This document shows positions 51,667 through 62,183 of a stretch of 64,000 nucleotides of DNA, piece by piece. This DNA is from Promethearchaeota archaeon (GTDB lineage Archaea; Asgardarchaeota; Lokiarchaeia; Sigyniarchaeales; SOKP01): NCBI GenBank assembly GCA_048940645.1, contig JBHLOI010000015.1, positions 1-64,000 on the forward strand, in the 5' to 3' direction. The notes beneath the pieces were generated by a model that made no database searches, was not told where the DNA came from, and was given only the letters and a program-made list of their open reading frames with translations. Numbering within the stretch: the first letter of the stretch is position 1; each line of letters opens with the position of its first letter. The position numbers were made by a program, and so were the translations under genes.

Positions 51667-52806
51667 ATGTATAACAATCAAGATAAAGATGAAAAGGAAA
51701 TAGAAGCTATTAAATTAATAGATCAAGCGGAATTTTTTGCTGATAAAAGTAAAGGGGATGATGCTATAAAATTATACGAGAAAGCTGCTCAGATTTACCT
51801 TGATCTTGGTAGTTATATTAAATTAGATGAGCTTTTTGCAAGAATTATTCAAATAATTTCCCAATTTAAAAATCATATTCAGGCAAGTTATAGATTGAAA
51901 TCTATAATTAGAAAGACTGAAGAATTAAAATTATATGAGGTTTCAGCAAAACTATTGATACATTTAGGAAACCTTTCATATAGTATGAATGATTGGGAAA
52001 CTGCGGGTGATAGTTGGAGTAAAGCCTCAGAATACTTATTTGAAGAAGATCCTGAAGAATTTAATAGTTTATCTTCAATTCTGCTATTAAAAGCAGGTCA
52101 AGCATATGAACGTTCTCAATTAACAAAGGATCAAGGTAAAAGATTAATTTTAAAAGCAGTTATGAAAATTAATAGATTTGATGAACTATATCAAAAAGAG
52201 GAAAAAAGAGCTCAACTCTTAATAAGTAATAAAGACTTTGAAGCCGCAGCTAATAAATTTTACATCATTTCCACATACTTTAAAAAAGCACTCAATAATT
52301 TAGGAGATATTCTAAGTGAAACAGAATCGAAAGATACCATGCTAAATGCTAAAGCTCGATTCATTCATTTCGTTGCGGAATATCAAACAGTTTCTGCAAT
52401 TTGTTTGGCAGCTACCAATAATCCAAATTTCAGAGAAAAAATTGAGGATCTTGGAAAAGACTCTATTAAACGTTTTAAAGAATCGATATCCATGCTTAAA
52501 GAATATTTATTTCCCATAAAAACAGATTTCGATAAAGAAATAATTCTAAGAGTGACTTTTGATACAATGTTACTAACCATTATTCAAAAAATCTTAGGAA
52601 TAGAAGAAATAAAGTGTTCAGAATATCTATTTAATAACATTGAAAAAAACAAAGCTTTAATTAAAGAATTAAAGAAAAGTCCATATTTCAAAATTACAGG
52701 AAAAATAGAGGAAGTTGGTTTAAAAGATACTTTGGGAGATATATTAAAAATACACTTAGGTCATTTTGAAAAAATTAAGAATACGCTGATTTCTCATTTT
52801 ATGTAA
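51667..52806 (+). CDS. TPR/SNAP-like alpha-helical repeat protein
   Basis: AIKLYEKAAQIYLDLG, WETAGDSWSKASEY, LLKAGQAYE, FEAAANKF. Confidence 0.6.
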   Translation: MYNNQDKDEKEIEAIKLIDQAEFFADKSKGDDAIKLYEKAAQIYLDLGSYIKLDELFARIIQIISQFKNHIQASYRLKSIIRKTEELKLYEVSAKLLIHLGNLSYSMNDWETAGDSWSKASEYLFEEDPEEFNSLSSILLLKAGQAYERSQLTKDQGKRLILKAVMKINRFDELYQKEEKRAQLLISNKDFEAAANKFYIISTYFKKALNNLGDILSETESKDTMLNAKARFIHFVAEYQTVSAICLAATNNPNFREKIEDLGKDSIKRFKESISMLKEYLFPIKTDFDKEIILRVTFDTMLLTIIQKILGIEEIKCSEYLFNNIEKNKALIKELKKSPYFKITGKIEEVGLKDTLGDILKIHLGHFEKIKNTLISHFM

Positions 52807-52885
52807 AAAAAAGAAAAACAAGTTATTTTTCCAATCAAAATTGATTTAGTTTTTGAAATGAATTAATTGATTGGATTTTATCTTA

Positions 52886-53242
52886 TTAAAACTTTATATT
52901 TACTTGATCAAATTTTAATTTACTAATTTTTCTGACTCCATGATTGCCTGAACAATAATCGCAATAAATCAAACCAGCTTCTTCAAGCTTTTTAATTTGA
53001 GCAGAGATATTTGCCTCTGTCATTTTTAAGTTTGCCGCTATATTGGAAACGTCCATTCCCTCTTGTTTTATTTGGATTTGGTGAAGAATTGATCTTCGAG
53101 TTTCTGATGAAAGAGCCTTGACGATTAACTCTATTTGGTCATCTGATTCAATTGTTATAGATCGGTTATCAATATCAATTAATTCTAATTTTAATGAAGA
53201 TTCCAATTCTGGACTTGAGCCTAAATTTTCTGTTAATTCCAC
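52886..53242 (-). CDS. ArsR-family HTH regulator
   Basis: KALSSETRRSIL, VSNIA..L.MTEANISAQIKKLEEAGLI, G.RK. Confidence 0.88.
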   Translation of the reverse strand: MELTENLGSSPELESSLKLELIDIDNRSITIESDDQIELIVKALSSETRRSILHQIQIKQEGMDVSNIAANLKMTEANISAQIKKLEEAGLIYCDYCSGNHGVRKISKLKFDQVNIKF

Positions 53243-53624
53243 TATCTTTATTCAACCCTTACTAATAACAATTTTAATTATTGTTGGGTACAAAAATAGT
53301 AAATCTAATTATGCTTTTAAGTCTGATCTAATATTCATCAAACTACTTATGATGGTAATGATTACTATTAATTACATGTGATATTAAAAAAATCAATGAT
53401 TATTAAAATTAAGGATCAAGCAAAAAATTTTAAATTTAAAGATCTATTATATTGAAACTAACTGTTTTACTAATTTTTTCATATTTTCTATCAATAACTT
53501 TACAAATTTATTCTTTCAAGACACTATTTTTAGTTAAAGCATTATTTATTTAATATATTATATTTTAAACAGAAATTTATTTTAATTTTTTTTTAAATTT
53601 TATATAAATTTTTTTATAACCAAA

Positions 53625-53643
53625 ATCATATAAGATATATGAT
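53625..53643. promoter_or_regulatory. Inverted repeat in the ArsR/RHH divergent intergenic region
   Basis: ATCATATA-aga-TATATGAT. Confidence 0.4.
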
Positions 53644-53796
53644 CTTGTAAATTTGATTCAGATTTATTGCTAAGGTTTGAATAGCTGAAAGTTGGGCTTT
53701 CTAATATTTTTAACTTTCGAAGATAAAAAATGGGTACGAGATCACACTATTAAATTGGCTAAAACAAATTCATAAATAGTCATAAAACTTTTTAAG

Positions 53797-53820
53797 TTAC
53801 ATTGATTACATAATATTACA
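53797..53820 (+). promoter_or_regulatory. Three phased TTACA direct repeats just downstream of a TATA-like element
   Basis: TTACA at 53797, 53806 and 53816, after AAAACTTTTTAAG and 35 bp before the RHH gene. Confidence 0.45.
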
Positions 53821-53855
53821 AAAAAAACAATTAAATTTTAAAGGGATTATAAAAA

Positions 53856-54467
53856 ATGAGTCAAAAGAAAGAGTCAAATACGTTTCAAGACGTAATCACA
53901 ATAAGGATTGATGGAACTTTAAATAATAATTTGAACAAAATGAAAGAGAGATTAGGAATTTCTAAAGCTGATTTAATTAGAAATTATTTGGAGCTTTCAA
54001 AATATATTATAAAGCAAAAAGGGTCAATTAAATCACTAAATAATCGAGATTTTATCGTGATCAAAAAGAGTTACGTGAGGAAATTAGTTGAAAATATGGA
54101 AGAGAGGGAACAGATAAAATTAGGTGATAAGTTGGCACGATTTATTAATGATATTGCTCGCATAAATGGTAAAGAAGATAATGTTGATTATAAATTAGAA
54201 TTATGTGATAATTTAGGATTTTTTGCAAATTTTATTGATGAAGAAGACTATTTATTGATTACGAAAGATTTTGGTCCAACTAAGTTTGTAGAAGCATTTT
54301 TATGGCGATTATTCAATAAAAAAGAAATGAACCCCAATTACGTTGAGGAGGAGATGAAAGGAAATAAAAGTTTAAGAGCAAAATATAAAAGTGAAATTCA
54401 ACCTATTGGCAGATCTTCTTCACATTATTCTTTTGAATTTGCTAAGCCTCCAGAAAAAGAAGAGTGA
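53856..54467 (+). CDS. Ribbon-helix-helix protein with C-terminal extension
   Basis: VITIRID..LNNNL......GISKADLIRNYL. Confidence 0.75.
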   Translation: MSQKKESNTFQDVITIRIDGTLNNNLNKMKERLGISKADLIRNYLELSKYIIKQKGSIKSLNNRDFIVIKKSYVRKLVENMEEREQIKLGDKLARFINDIARINGKEDNVDYKLELCDNLGFFANFIDEEDYLLITKDFGPTKFVEAFLWRLFNKKEMNPNYVEEEMKGNKSLRAKYKSEIQPIGRSSSHYSFEFAKPPEKEE

Positions 54468-54529
54468 ATATAAGTTTCAAAAATGATATATTTTAAAAAT
54501 AAATAATAAGCATAAAAATAGAAACTTTA

Positions 54530-56275
54530 TTAATATTTATCGATAATTTCCTTTAACCCTAAAATAGGAATAATTATTTTATTTGGTCTAAAAAGTAATT
54601 CATAATCTAATTCATGCAATGTTCGTTCTATTGTAAAATAATTAATTAAAATAAAATGCAGATTAAGACTTTTATCAAATAATTTTGCCATTAATCGATT
54701 TTCCCAACTATTAAGTAATTTCATAATCATTTCAAGAATTTTATGTGTTTGAGTGATTTTAGATGTTTTTCTAAAATAAAGGCTAAACAAAAATTCCTCT
54801 GGAACCTCAAATTTCTTAGTATCTACAATTTTTTCTTCAATCAAATGAAGTAAAGTGTTAAATTTAATATAACTCAAAGATCTTAAAAATGAACCTAAAT
54901 CCTTCTCAATTGGAAATTTATTTTTTTTCTCTTCGGGAGTTAATTGGGGATCACCTTCAAAATCGATGAAATAAAATTGATACTGTCCATTAGTTTTGTT
55001 ATAAAGTATTTGTTGCATATGCAAATCTTGATGAACTGGTTGGATTATTATTTGAGGTACTTGAAATTCTGTTCTAAATTTTTCAATGATATCCTTAATA
55101 TCAATTAATATTGAGCTTATTTTAGGGGATTTAAAGAAAGAACTCTCAGCTCTTTTCTTCATTTTAAATTCAATTGTTGTTATCATTGAATTTAACTTGT
55201 TAGTATAATTTCTCAGATATTCTACACTATCAACTATTTCTTTATCAAATTGTATTTGATCAGATAATATCATTGCTTTATGTAAGTTCTTTATCTGAAC
55301 ACCAATTTGCTCTGAAACTTTTAAAGATTCTTTACAATTTTCCTTTATTATTTCAACCCTCTTTTCTCTATCATCAAGATAAGAATAATCCTCATCTAGG
55401 TCCTTGTAGACGTGATTGATCATATTATTAAGTTCATTCCAGTAAATATCTCCGACATTTCCAATATTGGGTACATTTTGGAGAATACCTATCGTTTCTT
55501 TCTCATGGAATTTGAGAGTTCCATAAATTTTTGGAGCATTTGGAAAATTATTTTTAACCAAAACAAATAAAATTCTTGGTTCAAAACTTTCGAGGTACTC
55601 CTTGTAAGATTTTACAACATATGAAATAGGTCTAGATTCAGGTCTATTTAAATTTTTAATACTTAAAAGAAATAGTAAATTTGTAGTATTTCCTCCTCCT
55701 AACTGCTCTAATGAAAGTTCATATCTATCAGGGTATAAACTTGCTTCTATGAGATTCTGAACTTGCTTCATATTTATATCATCTTGAAATTGGTCAGTAT
55801 ATAATGTAAGATTTAAGGACATGGAGGGTAATAATTCTGAAATCTCTTTTTCAAAAAATAATTTTTTCCAGAAAAACAAGCAGAATTCTGCTTCAATCAA
55901 ATTAACTGGAAAAACATCATTTTGTCCCTCTTCTGGGATTGTCCTTATAAGCATTTTGCTAAAGGTATTCTCTGTCAATTTAACGATATTTTGCCTAGTA
56001 TTTTCTATAGGATCAAGAATATCTGTAATCTTATGATAATATATTAAGGGTAAGAAGTAGGATTTGGTATACTTCTCTTTTTCTACAGTTATTACTGTAA
56101 TAAATATTCTATCTGAAATGAATTCAAAATATTTAATAACTATTTGAAATTCTAAAGTGGATAATAATAATTTATCACCAAACCATCTTTTTGAAATTAA
56201 CCATGCTTTAAACTCATTGGAATTAATAACTTGCTGGATTAAATTTTTATCAAAATCCGATGACATAAGGATCAA
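54530..56275 (-). CDS. Maltokinase (Mak/Pep2)-like kinase
   Basis: KRWFGDK N-cap, VHQDLHMQQIL (compare HGDLHLGQVL), IDFEGDP, KDLGSFLRSLSY, ELDYELLFRP; ATG 56266 is a probable start. Confidence 0.82.
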   Translation of the reverse strand: MILMSSDFDKNLIQQVINSNEFKAWLISKRWFGDKLLLSTLEFQIVIKYFEFISDRIFITVITVEKEKYTKSYFLPLIYYHKITDILDPIENTRQNIVKLTENTFSKMLIRTIPEEGQNDVFPVNLIEAEFCLFFWKKLFFEKEISELLPSMSLNLTLYTDQFQDDINMKQVQNLIEASLYPDRYELSLEQLGGGNTTNLLFLLSIKNLNRPESRPISYVVKSYKEYLESFEPRILFVLVKNNFPNAPKIYGTLKFHEKETIGILQNVPNIGNVGDIYWNELNNMINHVYKDLDEDYSYLDDREKRVEIIKENCKESLKVSEQIGVQIKNLHKAMILSDQIQFDKEIVDSVEYLRNYTNKLNSMITTIEFKMKKRAESSFFKSPKISSILIDIKDIIEKFRTEFQVPQIIIQPVHQDLHMQQILYNKTNGQYQFYFIDFEGDPQLTPEEKKNKFPIEKDLGSFLRSLSYIKFNTLLHLIEEKIVDTKKFEVPEEFLFSLYFRKTSKITQTHKILEMIMKLLNSWENRLMAKLFDKSLNLHFILINYFTIERTLHELDYELLFRPNKIIIPILGLKEIIDKY

Positions 56276-56456
56276 CTATTATGATCTAATATTTATTCAA
56301 AATAACCTATACAAATTATATTTAATGAATTTATTAGTCTAACCCTAAATTATTAATTTAGAAATTTTATATGCGAATTTACCTTAGAAAAATCATAAAG
56401 TTTACAAATATAGAAAACAAATAAGAAAATAAATTTATTAATGGTAGGATTAAGAC

Positions 56457-56999
56457 ATGTCATCAAGAAAGATGAAAAAGGAAAAATATGGCAAAGAACG
56501 GGTAATCTATGAAATTAAGGAGAGCCTGGAACATAAGATCGTCTTAAGGCTTGAAGCACCTCTTCTTGGATTAATTGCCTTCAGTATTGCATTGTGGGGT
56601 TCGAAAATATTCACGACAATCTCGCCAGGGACGAGTTTAATTTTCCAGATTAGTGGTTATACTATTCATCTCCACCACTTTCATTATGGTATCATTGCAT
56701 TAGCAATCGGACTAGTACTCACCTTTTTTGAAGGAAGATGGTTCGTAAGAATTGAACACATTCTATTTGGTGCGGGTTTAGGTTTTATTGTTGATGAATA
56801 CTGGTTACTTTTATTATTTGATGATACAACGTATTTCGGTCCAGAATCTCAATTTATCTCTGCGATGATCGGACTCATAATTAGCATCATTTATATAGTA
56901 ATAATAATAGGAATTTATTTTGCGACAAAGGAAGAACGAAAAATTTGGCGTGAGTTATATGAAGCAGTTAAATCAGATAAAGTCAAAATAGATATATAA
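56457..56999 (+). CDS. Membrane protein with HLHH motif
   Basis: About 4 TM segments; HLHHFHYG and FGAGLGFIVDE. Confidence 0.75.
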   Translation: MSSRKMKKEKYGKERVIYEIKESLEHKIVLRLEAPLLGLIAFSIALWGSKIFTTISPGTSLIFQISGYTIHLHHFHYGIIALAIGLVLTFFEGRWFVRIEHILFGAGLGFIVDEYWLLLLFDDTTYFGPESQFISAMIGLIISIIYIVIIIGIYFATKEERKIWRELYEAVKSDKVKIDI

Positions 57000-57046
57000 T
57001 ATAATTATTCTAATGAAAAATTCTTTAAATTAGGACAAATTCTCAG
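56985..57046 (+). repeat. 62-bp direct repeat, left copy (includes the last codons and stop of 56457-56999)
   Basis: Ungapped match to 63785-63846 at offset 6800; 4 mismatches; exact 34-bp core 57001-57034. Confidence 0.92.
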
Positions 57047-57118
57047 GATACTCTTTAATCATTGCTCTTAGCTCAGCTTCCGGAATGATCTTCACTGAAA
57101 TTATAAATGTATTTCACT

Positions 57119-57138
57119 CCTGACTTTCAGGTTTTTTT
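57119..57138 (+). terminator. Short hairpin plus T-tract, candidate terminator
   Basis: CCTGA-ctt-TCAGG-TTTTTTT. Confidence 0.5.
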
Positions 57139-57171
57139 ATTTAAAAAATAAAATTATAGCAAGGAATTAAA

Positions 57172-58332
57172 ATGATTAAGGAAGCCCGAATTAAAGGTAA
57201 TCTTAAAAGATTTAGTTTTCCTCGATTATCTGGAACACAATTTGAACTTAAAGCTTTTAATAAACTAAAACAAGAAGTTAAAGATTTAAATTTGGATTTT
57301 GAAATTCAGCGTTTTACTTTTAGTTCTTTTTATTCAAGGATATATCCTAAAATAGCATTTTCGTCTGGATCGTTAATACTTTTAATAATTTACTTGAATT
57401 TTTATTTTCCAATCTCTTTGATTTTAATTCTGATCTTATTGAGTATTCTAATTGCGTCTTTTATAATTACAAGAAGACCTGAAAGAATACGATTAAATGC
57501 ACATTTCAATTCGCAAAATCTTTTAGTAAAGCTTAAATCTAAATCAGATGACTTGAAGAATAATGACAGAATTGTATTATTTATGAGCCATTTGGATTCA
57601 AAGGGACAAAGATTCAGGATTAGAATCCGGATAAGAATTATTAAACTATGGATCACCTCCTCAATTATTCTAGCTATTATTTTGCCTCTTAAAATATTGA
57701 TTTTTATGGGATTTGAAATAATATTTTATATTATAGGGCTATTTCCTTTAATATTGAACATTTTCGCATCAATAATAATAGTTATTAACACTACACATAA
57801 TACTTCTCAAGGTGCTGTTGATAATGCTTCAGGTATAGCCTGCAATTTAGAGCTCTTAAATTATTATTGTATTCCTAAAAACAGATTAACGAATTATAAC
57901 ATGTGGTTTCTTTTTACTGGAGCTGAGGAATGTGGAACAATGGGTATTAGACACTTTTATAATAATTTGGAAAATTTTGATCCCAATAAATCAATAATAT
58001 TTAATTTTGAATCCATAGCTTCTCATGTCTATCTATTTCCTGGAGGAAAAGAAGGAGTTCATGCTAAAGATATTGATAATCTGCTTTTGAACAATAGCAG
58101 AAATCTTAGGATAGATCATTTCGTTACTAATAGAGTTTTCGGCACTCATTCTGATGGAGGCTTTCTAGGAGATAAAGGGTTTCAAGGATACGGGATTGGC
58201 GAAGTAGAATCATATGATTATATGCACACTCCTAATGATAGGCTAGACAAAATCAATACGGAAATCCTAAAGAAATTGTGTTTGGTCCTTACAGATAGTT
58301 TAAAAAAGCATGATTCCAATTTTTTTAAATGA
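57172..58332 (+). CDS. M28-family metallopeptidase with membrane segments
   Basis: SHLDSK, GAVDNASG, TGAEECG, NFES, HSD, MHTPND. Confidence 0.88.
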   Translation: MIKEARIKGNLKRFSFPRLSGTQFELKAFNKLKQEVKDLNLDFEIQRFTFSSFYSRIYPKIAFSSGSLILLIIYLNFYFPISLILILILLSILIASFIITRRPERIRLNAHFNSQNLLVKLKSKSDDLKNNDRIVLFMSHLDSKGQRFRIRIRIRIIKLWITSSIILAIILPLKILIFMGFEIIFYIIGLFPLILNIFASIIIVINTTHNTSQGAVDNASGIACNLELLNYYCIPKNRLTNYNMWFLFTGAEECGTMGIRHFYNNLENFDPNKSIIFNFESIASHVYLFPGGKEGVHAKDIDNLLLNNSRNLRIDHFVTNRVFGTHSDGGFLGDKGFQGYGIGEVESYDYMHTPNDRLDKINTEILKKLCLVLTDSLKKHDSNFFK

Positions 58333-58513
58333 TTTGAAGCACTTTAGAGCGCAAAAATCTTAAAATAGATATATAATCACCATCACACACAATTCTACTG
58401 AAGGTATACGATAAGATTGATTTTTATGATGCTTATCAAATCAGGTATTTTAAATTATATAGGACGAGTTTTAATATAGGGAATTATTTCTATTTTTGAA
58501 GGTTTTATAAAAA

Positions 58514-59518
58514 ATGAAAATTTTAGATGATGAAAAATTTATCAGAAATGTGGAAAACTTAATTGATCCAAAGGAAGTTAGCCATTTGTATTTCTTCCAA
58601 ACATTCAAACGGTTATTACCTCGCTCCCTTTTTAAAAAGCTATTAAAGAAGACTTCAAAAAAGACTCCCTACATGGGTTTTGTAATTGAACCTTATTGTC
58701 TGTTTTTATTCTTTAAGCTTAAAAATATCGAAAAAGCAAAATCATTATTGCCGGAACGCTATGAGTTGAAAAAGACAAGAATTTTTTCTGATGAAGAACC
58801 AGAATACTATTTGGGAATGGGGATTTTCAATACTCGAGCAAGTACTTTTTGGGGTTCTAGGCTAGAATCATATCTCATTGCTGAAGATAAAGAAACAGGT
58901 CATCCATCCTGGATTTTTATCGATATTCTGAGCAATACAATAATTTATCTCCCTTCAATAGGAGTTACAGATAGAAATTGTAAAAATGCTATATATACAA
59001 CTAGCTCAAAGGGAGATTTACTACTGGATTTCAAAGAAGACACAACTGACCGACAGATGATCTTAACGGGAAATATTACCAATGGAAAAATGCGCAGCCT
59101 TGATCAACCCCTTTGGGTAATAGGAAACACATCTATCGGTCACATTAAAAAATTTTCAGATAAGAATGACGATCCCTTTGCCGTAATATTTGATCCTGCT
59201 GAAGTTGAAAAAGCTTTAGATATTCCTATTGAGGATATTCACTTAAAGTTTAATACACTTTTCCCAGATTTAGCAGAGCCGGAACTATGCAAGGTGTTAT
59301 GTTTCCCCTTCGCTCAGCACTATATTGCCGACAGTCCAGGATGTCGCACCTATATCAAAGATACTAATGACATGATCGAGAATTATAACAAAATTGCAGA
59401 TATGAAAGGAATAAAAACTTTTTCAACAAGAAATATAAAGATAATGTTAATAATTGGAATATCTTTATTTATGTTAATCTTTATTTCCCTATTTATTTTG
59501 TTGTTAATTAATCTATGA
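58514..59518 (+). CDS. Hypothetical protein, acetoacetate-decarboxylase-like fold, C-terminal membrane anchor (paralog 1)
   Basis: AKSLLPERYEL motif; clear similarity to the next gene; hydrophobic C-terminus. Confidence 0.55.
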   Translation: MKILDDEKFIRNVENLIDPKEVSHLYFFQTFKRLLPRSLFKKLLKKTSKKTPYMGFVIEPYCLFLFFKLKNIEKAKSLLPERYELKKTRIFSDEEPEYYLGMGIFNTRASTFWGSRLESYLIAEDKETGHPSWIFIDILSNTIIYLPSIGVTDRNCKNAIYTTSSKGDLLLDFKEDTTDRQMILTGNITNGKMRSLDQPLWVIGNTSIGHIKKFSDKNDDPFAVIFDPAEVEKALDIPIEDIHLKFNTLFPDLAEPELCKVLCFPFAQHYIADSPGCRTYIKDTNDMIENYNKIADMKGIKTFSTRNIKIMLIIGISLFMLIFISLFILLLINL

Positions 59519-59556
59519 TGAAGGATTTGAAAACCAAAAAAACAAGGTTTACGTAA

Positions 59557-60576
59557 ATGGACCAAGAAGAATACAGAAATTTTATAAAAAAGACAGAATC
59601 TCTTGTAAAGCCTAAAGATGTAACTGCCATTAGTTTTTTGAGCGGTTTCAGTAAATCTCTTCCTAAAAAAACACAACATAAATTTACACAGAGCGGCAAG
59701 AAAAAAATTCCTTACATGGGATTCATAGTAGATCCCTATAGTTTATTCCTATGTTTTAAGATAACAAATACTTCAGCAGCGCAAGAGATGCTTCCCGAGG
59801 GATATGAACTAGCAGAAACCTCATTTTTTAAGAACGATGCAAAGATTCCCATGGCAATTGCAAGCGTATTTACCGCTCGAACATCAGGATTTATAGGTAT
59901 GCGAATCGAGTTTTATATTATTGCTCGCAACAAAGAAACTGGGTTGTTATCTTGGATTATTTGTGAATATGAAACGAATACTAACAGCTATGACCCAAAG
60001 AATGGATTTAGTGGGTTCACTTGTGATCCCGCCGTGTTTACAACCACATACTTAGGGGAATTACTGGTTGATATTAAGAATTCCTCCAACAATAAAGAAT
60101 TCGTTGTGTCGGTCGACTTAGAAAAAGATGGTTCAAGGGAATTGGACGAATCTCTATGGATTGAAGGAAACCTTATTGTCGATTATGGCGGAGAGCTAAA
60201 AAGTGATTTTTCAGAGCCCTTCAGCCTGCTTTTTGACCCTAATATGATAAGAGAAGCCATAAACATCCCTTTAGACCATGTTTCAATCAAGGCAAACTCC
60301 TATCTGGCTAACATTATTGATCCTGTTAAGCCAGTAAACGCACTTATCTTTCCATACAGTCAGCATTTCATTATTAAGCAAGACCTGGAAAAATATACGG
60401 TTAAAAATGAAAAAGACTTAGATCTTCAAACAAAGGCTTTCCTTAGTGGAACTGGATTTAAAGCCATGTCAGGTAATGATATAAAAAAACCCATTTATGC
60501 AATGTTTATAAGTTGTTACGTAGTACTTAGCATTATAATTCTATATCTACTGCTAAGACTTTATGTATTTGGGTAA
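59557..60576 (+). CDS. Hypothetical protein, acetoacetate-decarboxylase-like fold, C-terminal membrane anchor (paralog 2)
   Basis: KKIPYMGFIVDPYSLFL..AQEMLPEGYEL versus KKTPYMGFVIEPYCLFL..AKSLLPERYEL; shared FDP and FP(Y/F)xQH. Confidence 0.55.
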   Translation: MDQEEYRNFIKKTESLVKPKDVTAISFLSGFSKSLPKKTQHKFTQSGKKKIPYMGFIVDPYSLFLCFKITNTSAAQEMLPEGYELAETSFFKNDAKIPMAIASVFTARTSGFIGMRIEFYIIARNKETGLLSWIICEYETNTNSYDPKNGFSGFTCDPAVFTTTYLGELLVDIKNSSNNKEFVVSVDLEKDGSRELDESLWIEGNLIVDYGGELKSDFSEPFSLLFDPNMIREAINIPLDHVSIKANSYLANIIDPVKPVNALIFPYSQHFIIKQDLEKYTVKNEKDLDLQTKAFLSGTGFKAMSGNDIKKPIYAMFISCYVVLSIIILYLLLRLYVFG

Positions 60577-60581
60577 AAAGC

Positions 60582-62183
60582 TCATTTCTTATTTTTTATT
60601 AAATTCTTGGCAGCTGCCAATCCTGTAAGGATCGCAATGGGTATTCCAGAAGGACTATATACCCATTGACCAGCTTGGAGTATATTTGGAATAGGAGTTT
60701 TCACAGATTTAGTCATTTTAAGAATATCTTGAACCACAGGGATGGGATTTTCAAACGTCCAACCTGTAATTGCTCCTTCAGAGCTTCCTACTCTGTTTGA
60801 AATGCTGACGGGTGTTAAAGAGAAACGAAAGAGAATCTTATCCTTGATTATCGGGTATACGGACTTTGATAAAATCTCTAACATGCGATTCTCGACTTCT
60901 ATTTTGAATTCTTCATACCATCCTCCCTCTTCGACCTTTTTCATGAGATCATATTCAAAAAGAATGCTAACTATTAATCCAGTCATTCCTTTTGGAGCTA
61001 AGGTGGGATCTCTAAGCCCTGGAATGGAAATCTCATATGTATTTAGTTGGCAATAGTCGTCTAACCAACGCATAATGGCTTCTTTGGGAGTTGATTCGAA
61101 CTTCCTAATAATTTTTCTTAATGTAGTCCAAGTTGATTCTCCTAAACCTTTTTTTGATGGAGTATAAAAAAAATGACCGTTCGAAATTGATTGAAATCTG
61201 TCGAGAGGTTCGTCTATCCCTAGGAATAAAGAAAAGACTGAATCTCCGCCTCGAGTTGATAGCAATTTATCTTTTTGTATTGATATCTTGCGAGAAACTT
61301 TTTCCTCTAAATCACGGAATTTAAGAAATCGATATAAAGACTTCAAATCTGCGCACCAAATAAGGTTTTCATAGAAAAACGTGTTTTCATCGATATCAGT
61401 TAACTTGTTTTCAGAAGGAATGATCTCGTGTATTTCTGTACCATATAAAATTGATCCTCCCCAGTCAATGATTTTTTGCATGATACATTCTGGAATTTTA
61501 CCTGTACCCCCCTTTGGATAAAAATAATCAAGGAAAGTGTGAAAATATCCTAGGGCAAAAAAAGTAGGCGTGCTCTTGAAGAAATGTTGTATCATAATAT
61601 CGATAAGTGATTGGTTTGAAGTCATTTTTTTAAGAGTATCTTCAACCGGGTCCTTCCTTCGATTTATCCTGCGAATAGTAAGAAGGAACTTGCCAAGATA
61701 CGGAAGAAGCTCCTTAACAAGATAACCTATATCGTGTTTCATGTCTCTGAAAATCGGATTATCAATCTCGTTTAGAATGGCCATGTCTTTCAAGACTTTT
61801 TCGATTAACAAGAAAATTGCGGCAATCTCCTCTTTGTTATCGGGATACAGCTTTTCTAATAGGGACTGATATTCATATATACTTTCGTTTGACGTAAAGT
61901 GTAAAATTTCATTCTCAATACCAATCGAAACCGGACTTTTAAGTAGTTCAAGTGAAATTCCAAGGTCGTTTAACAAGGGTCGCACGGCTCCCGAATTTTC
62001 AATGGACCTCGGACCAGTATCAAAAACAAAACCATCTTTTTGGATTGAAGTTAGCAGGCCGCCACAAGTTTCGTTCTTTTCAATTAAAAGAACATCATAT
62101 CCTGCTCTTGATAAATAGGCCGCAGCAGTTAATCCTGCCATTCCTGCTCCTACAATGATAACTTCATGGCTTATAGTCGTCAT
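60582..62183 (-). CDS. Phytoene desaturase/CrtI-like FAD-dependent oxidoreductase
   Basis: IVGAGMAGL..A, EKN..CGG, FDTGP, YPKGG, DPTLAP.G, GQW..P.G.P. Confidence 0.85.
   Translation of the reverse strand: MTTISHEVIIVGAGMAGLTAAAYLSRAGYDVLLIEKNETCGGLLTSIQKDGFVFDTGPRSIENSGAVRPLLNDLGISLELLKSPVSIGIENEILHFTSNESIYEYQSLLEKLYPDNKEEIAAIFLLIEKVLKDMAILNEIDNPIFRDMKHDIGYLVKELLPYLGKFLLTIRRINRRKDPVEDTLKKMTSNQSLIDIMIQHFFKSTPTFFALGYFHTFLDYFYPKGGTGKIPECIMQKIIDWGGSILYGTEIHEIIPSENKLTDIDENTFFYENLIWCADLKSLYRFLKFRDLEEKVSRKISIQKDKLLSTRGGDSVFSLFLGIDEPLDRFQSISNGHFFYTPSKKGLGESTWTTLRKIIRKFESTPKEAIMRWLDDYCQLNTYEISIPGLRDPTLAPKGMTGLIVSILFEYDLMKKVEEGGWYEEFKIEVENRMLEILSKSVYPIIKDKILFRFSLTPVSISNRVGSSEGAITGWTFENPIPVVQDILKMTKSVKTPIPNILQAGQWVYSPSGIPIAILTGLAAAKNLIKNKK

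Noticed and set aside
57084-57124. ATGA...TGA segment considered as a eukaryote-like SECIS element
   Set aside because: The helix next to the putative quartet does not pair, and no adjacent gene shows an in-frame TGA needing read-through
58362-58377. 16-bp exact match (AAAATAGATATATAAT) to the start of the left direct repeat
   Set aside because: Almost pure A/T and similar to BRE/TATA-like strings elsewhere (25762, 30885, 36482); not enough to call a third att site or cassette array
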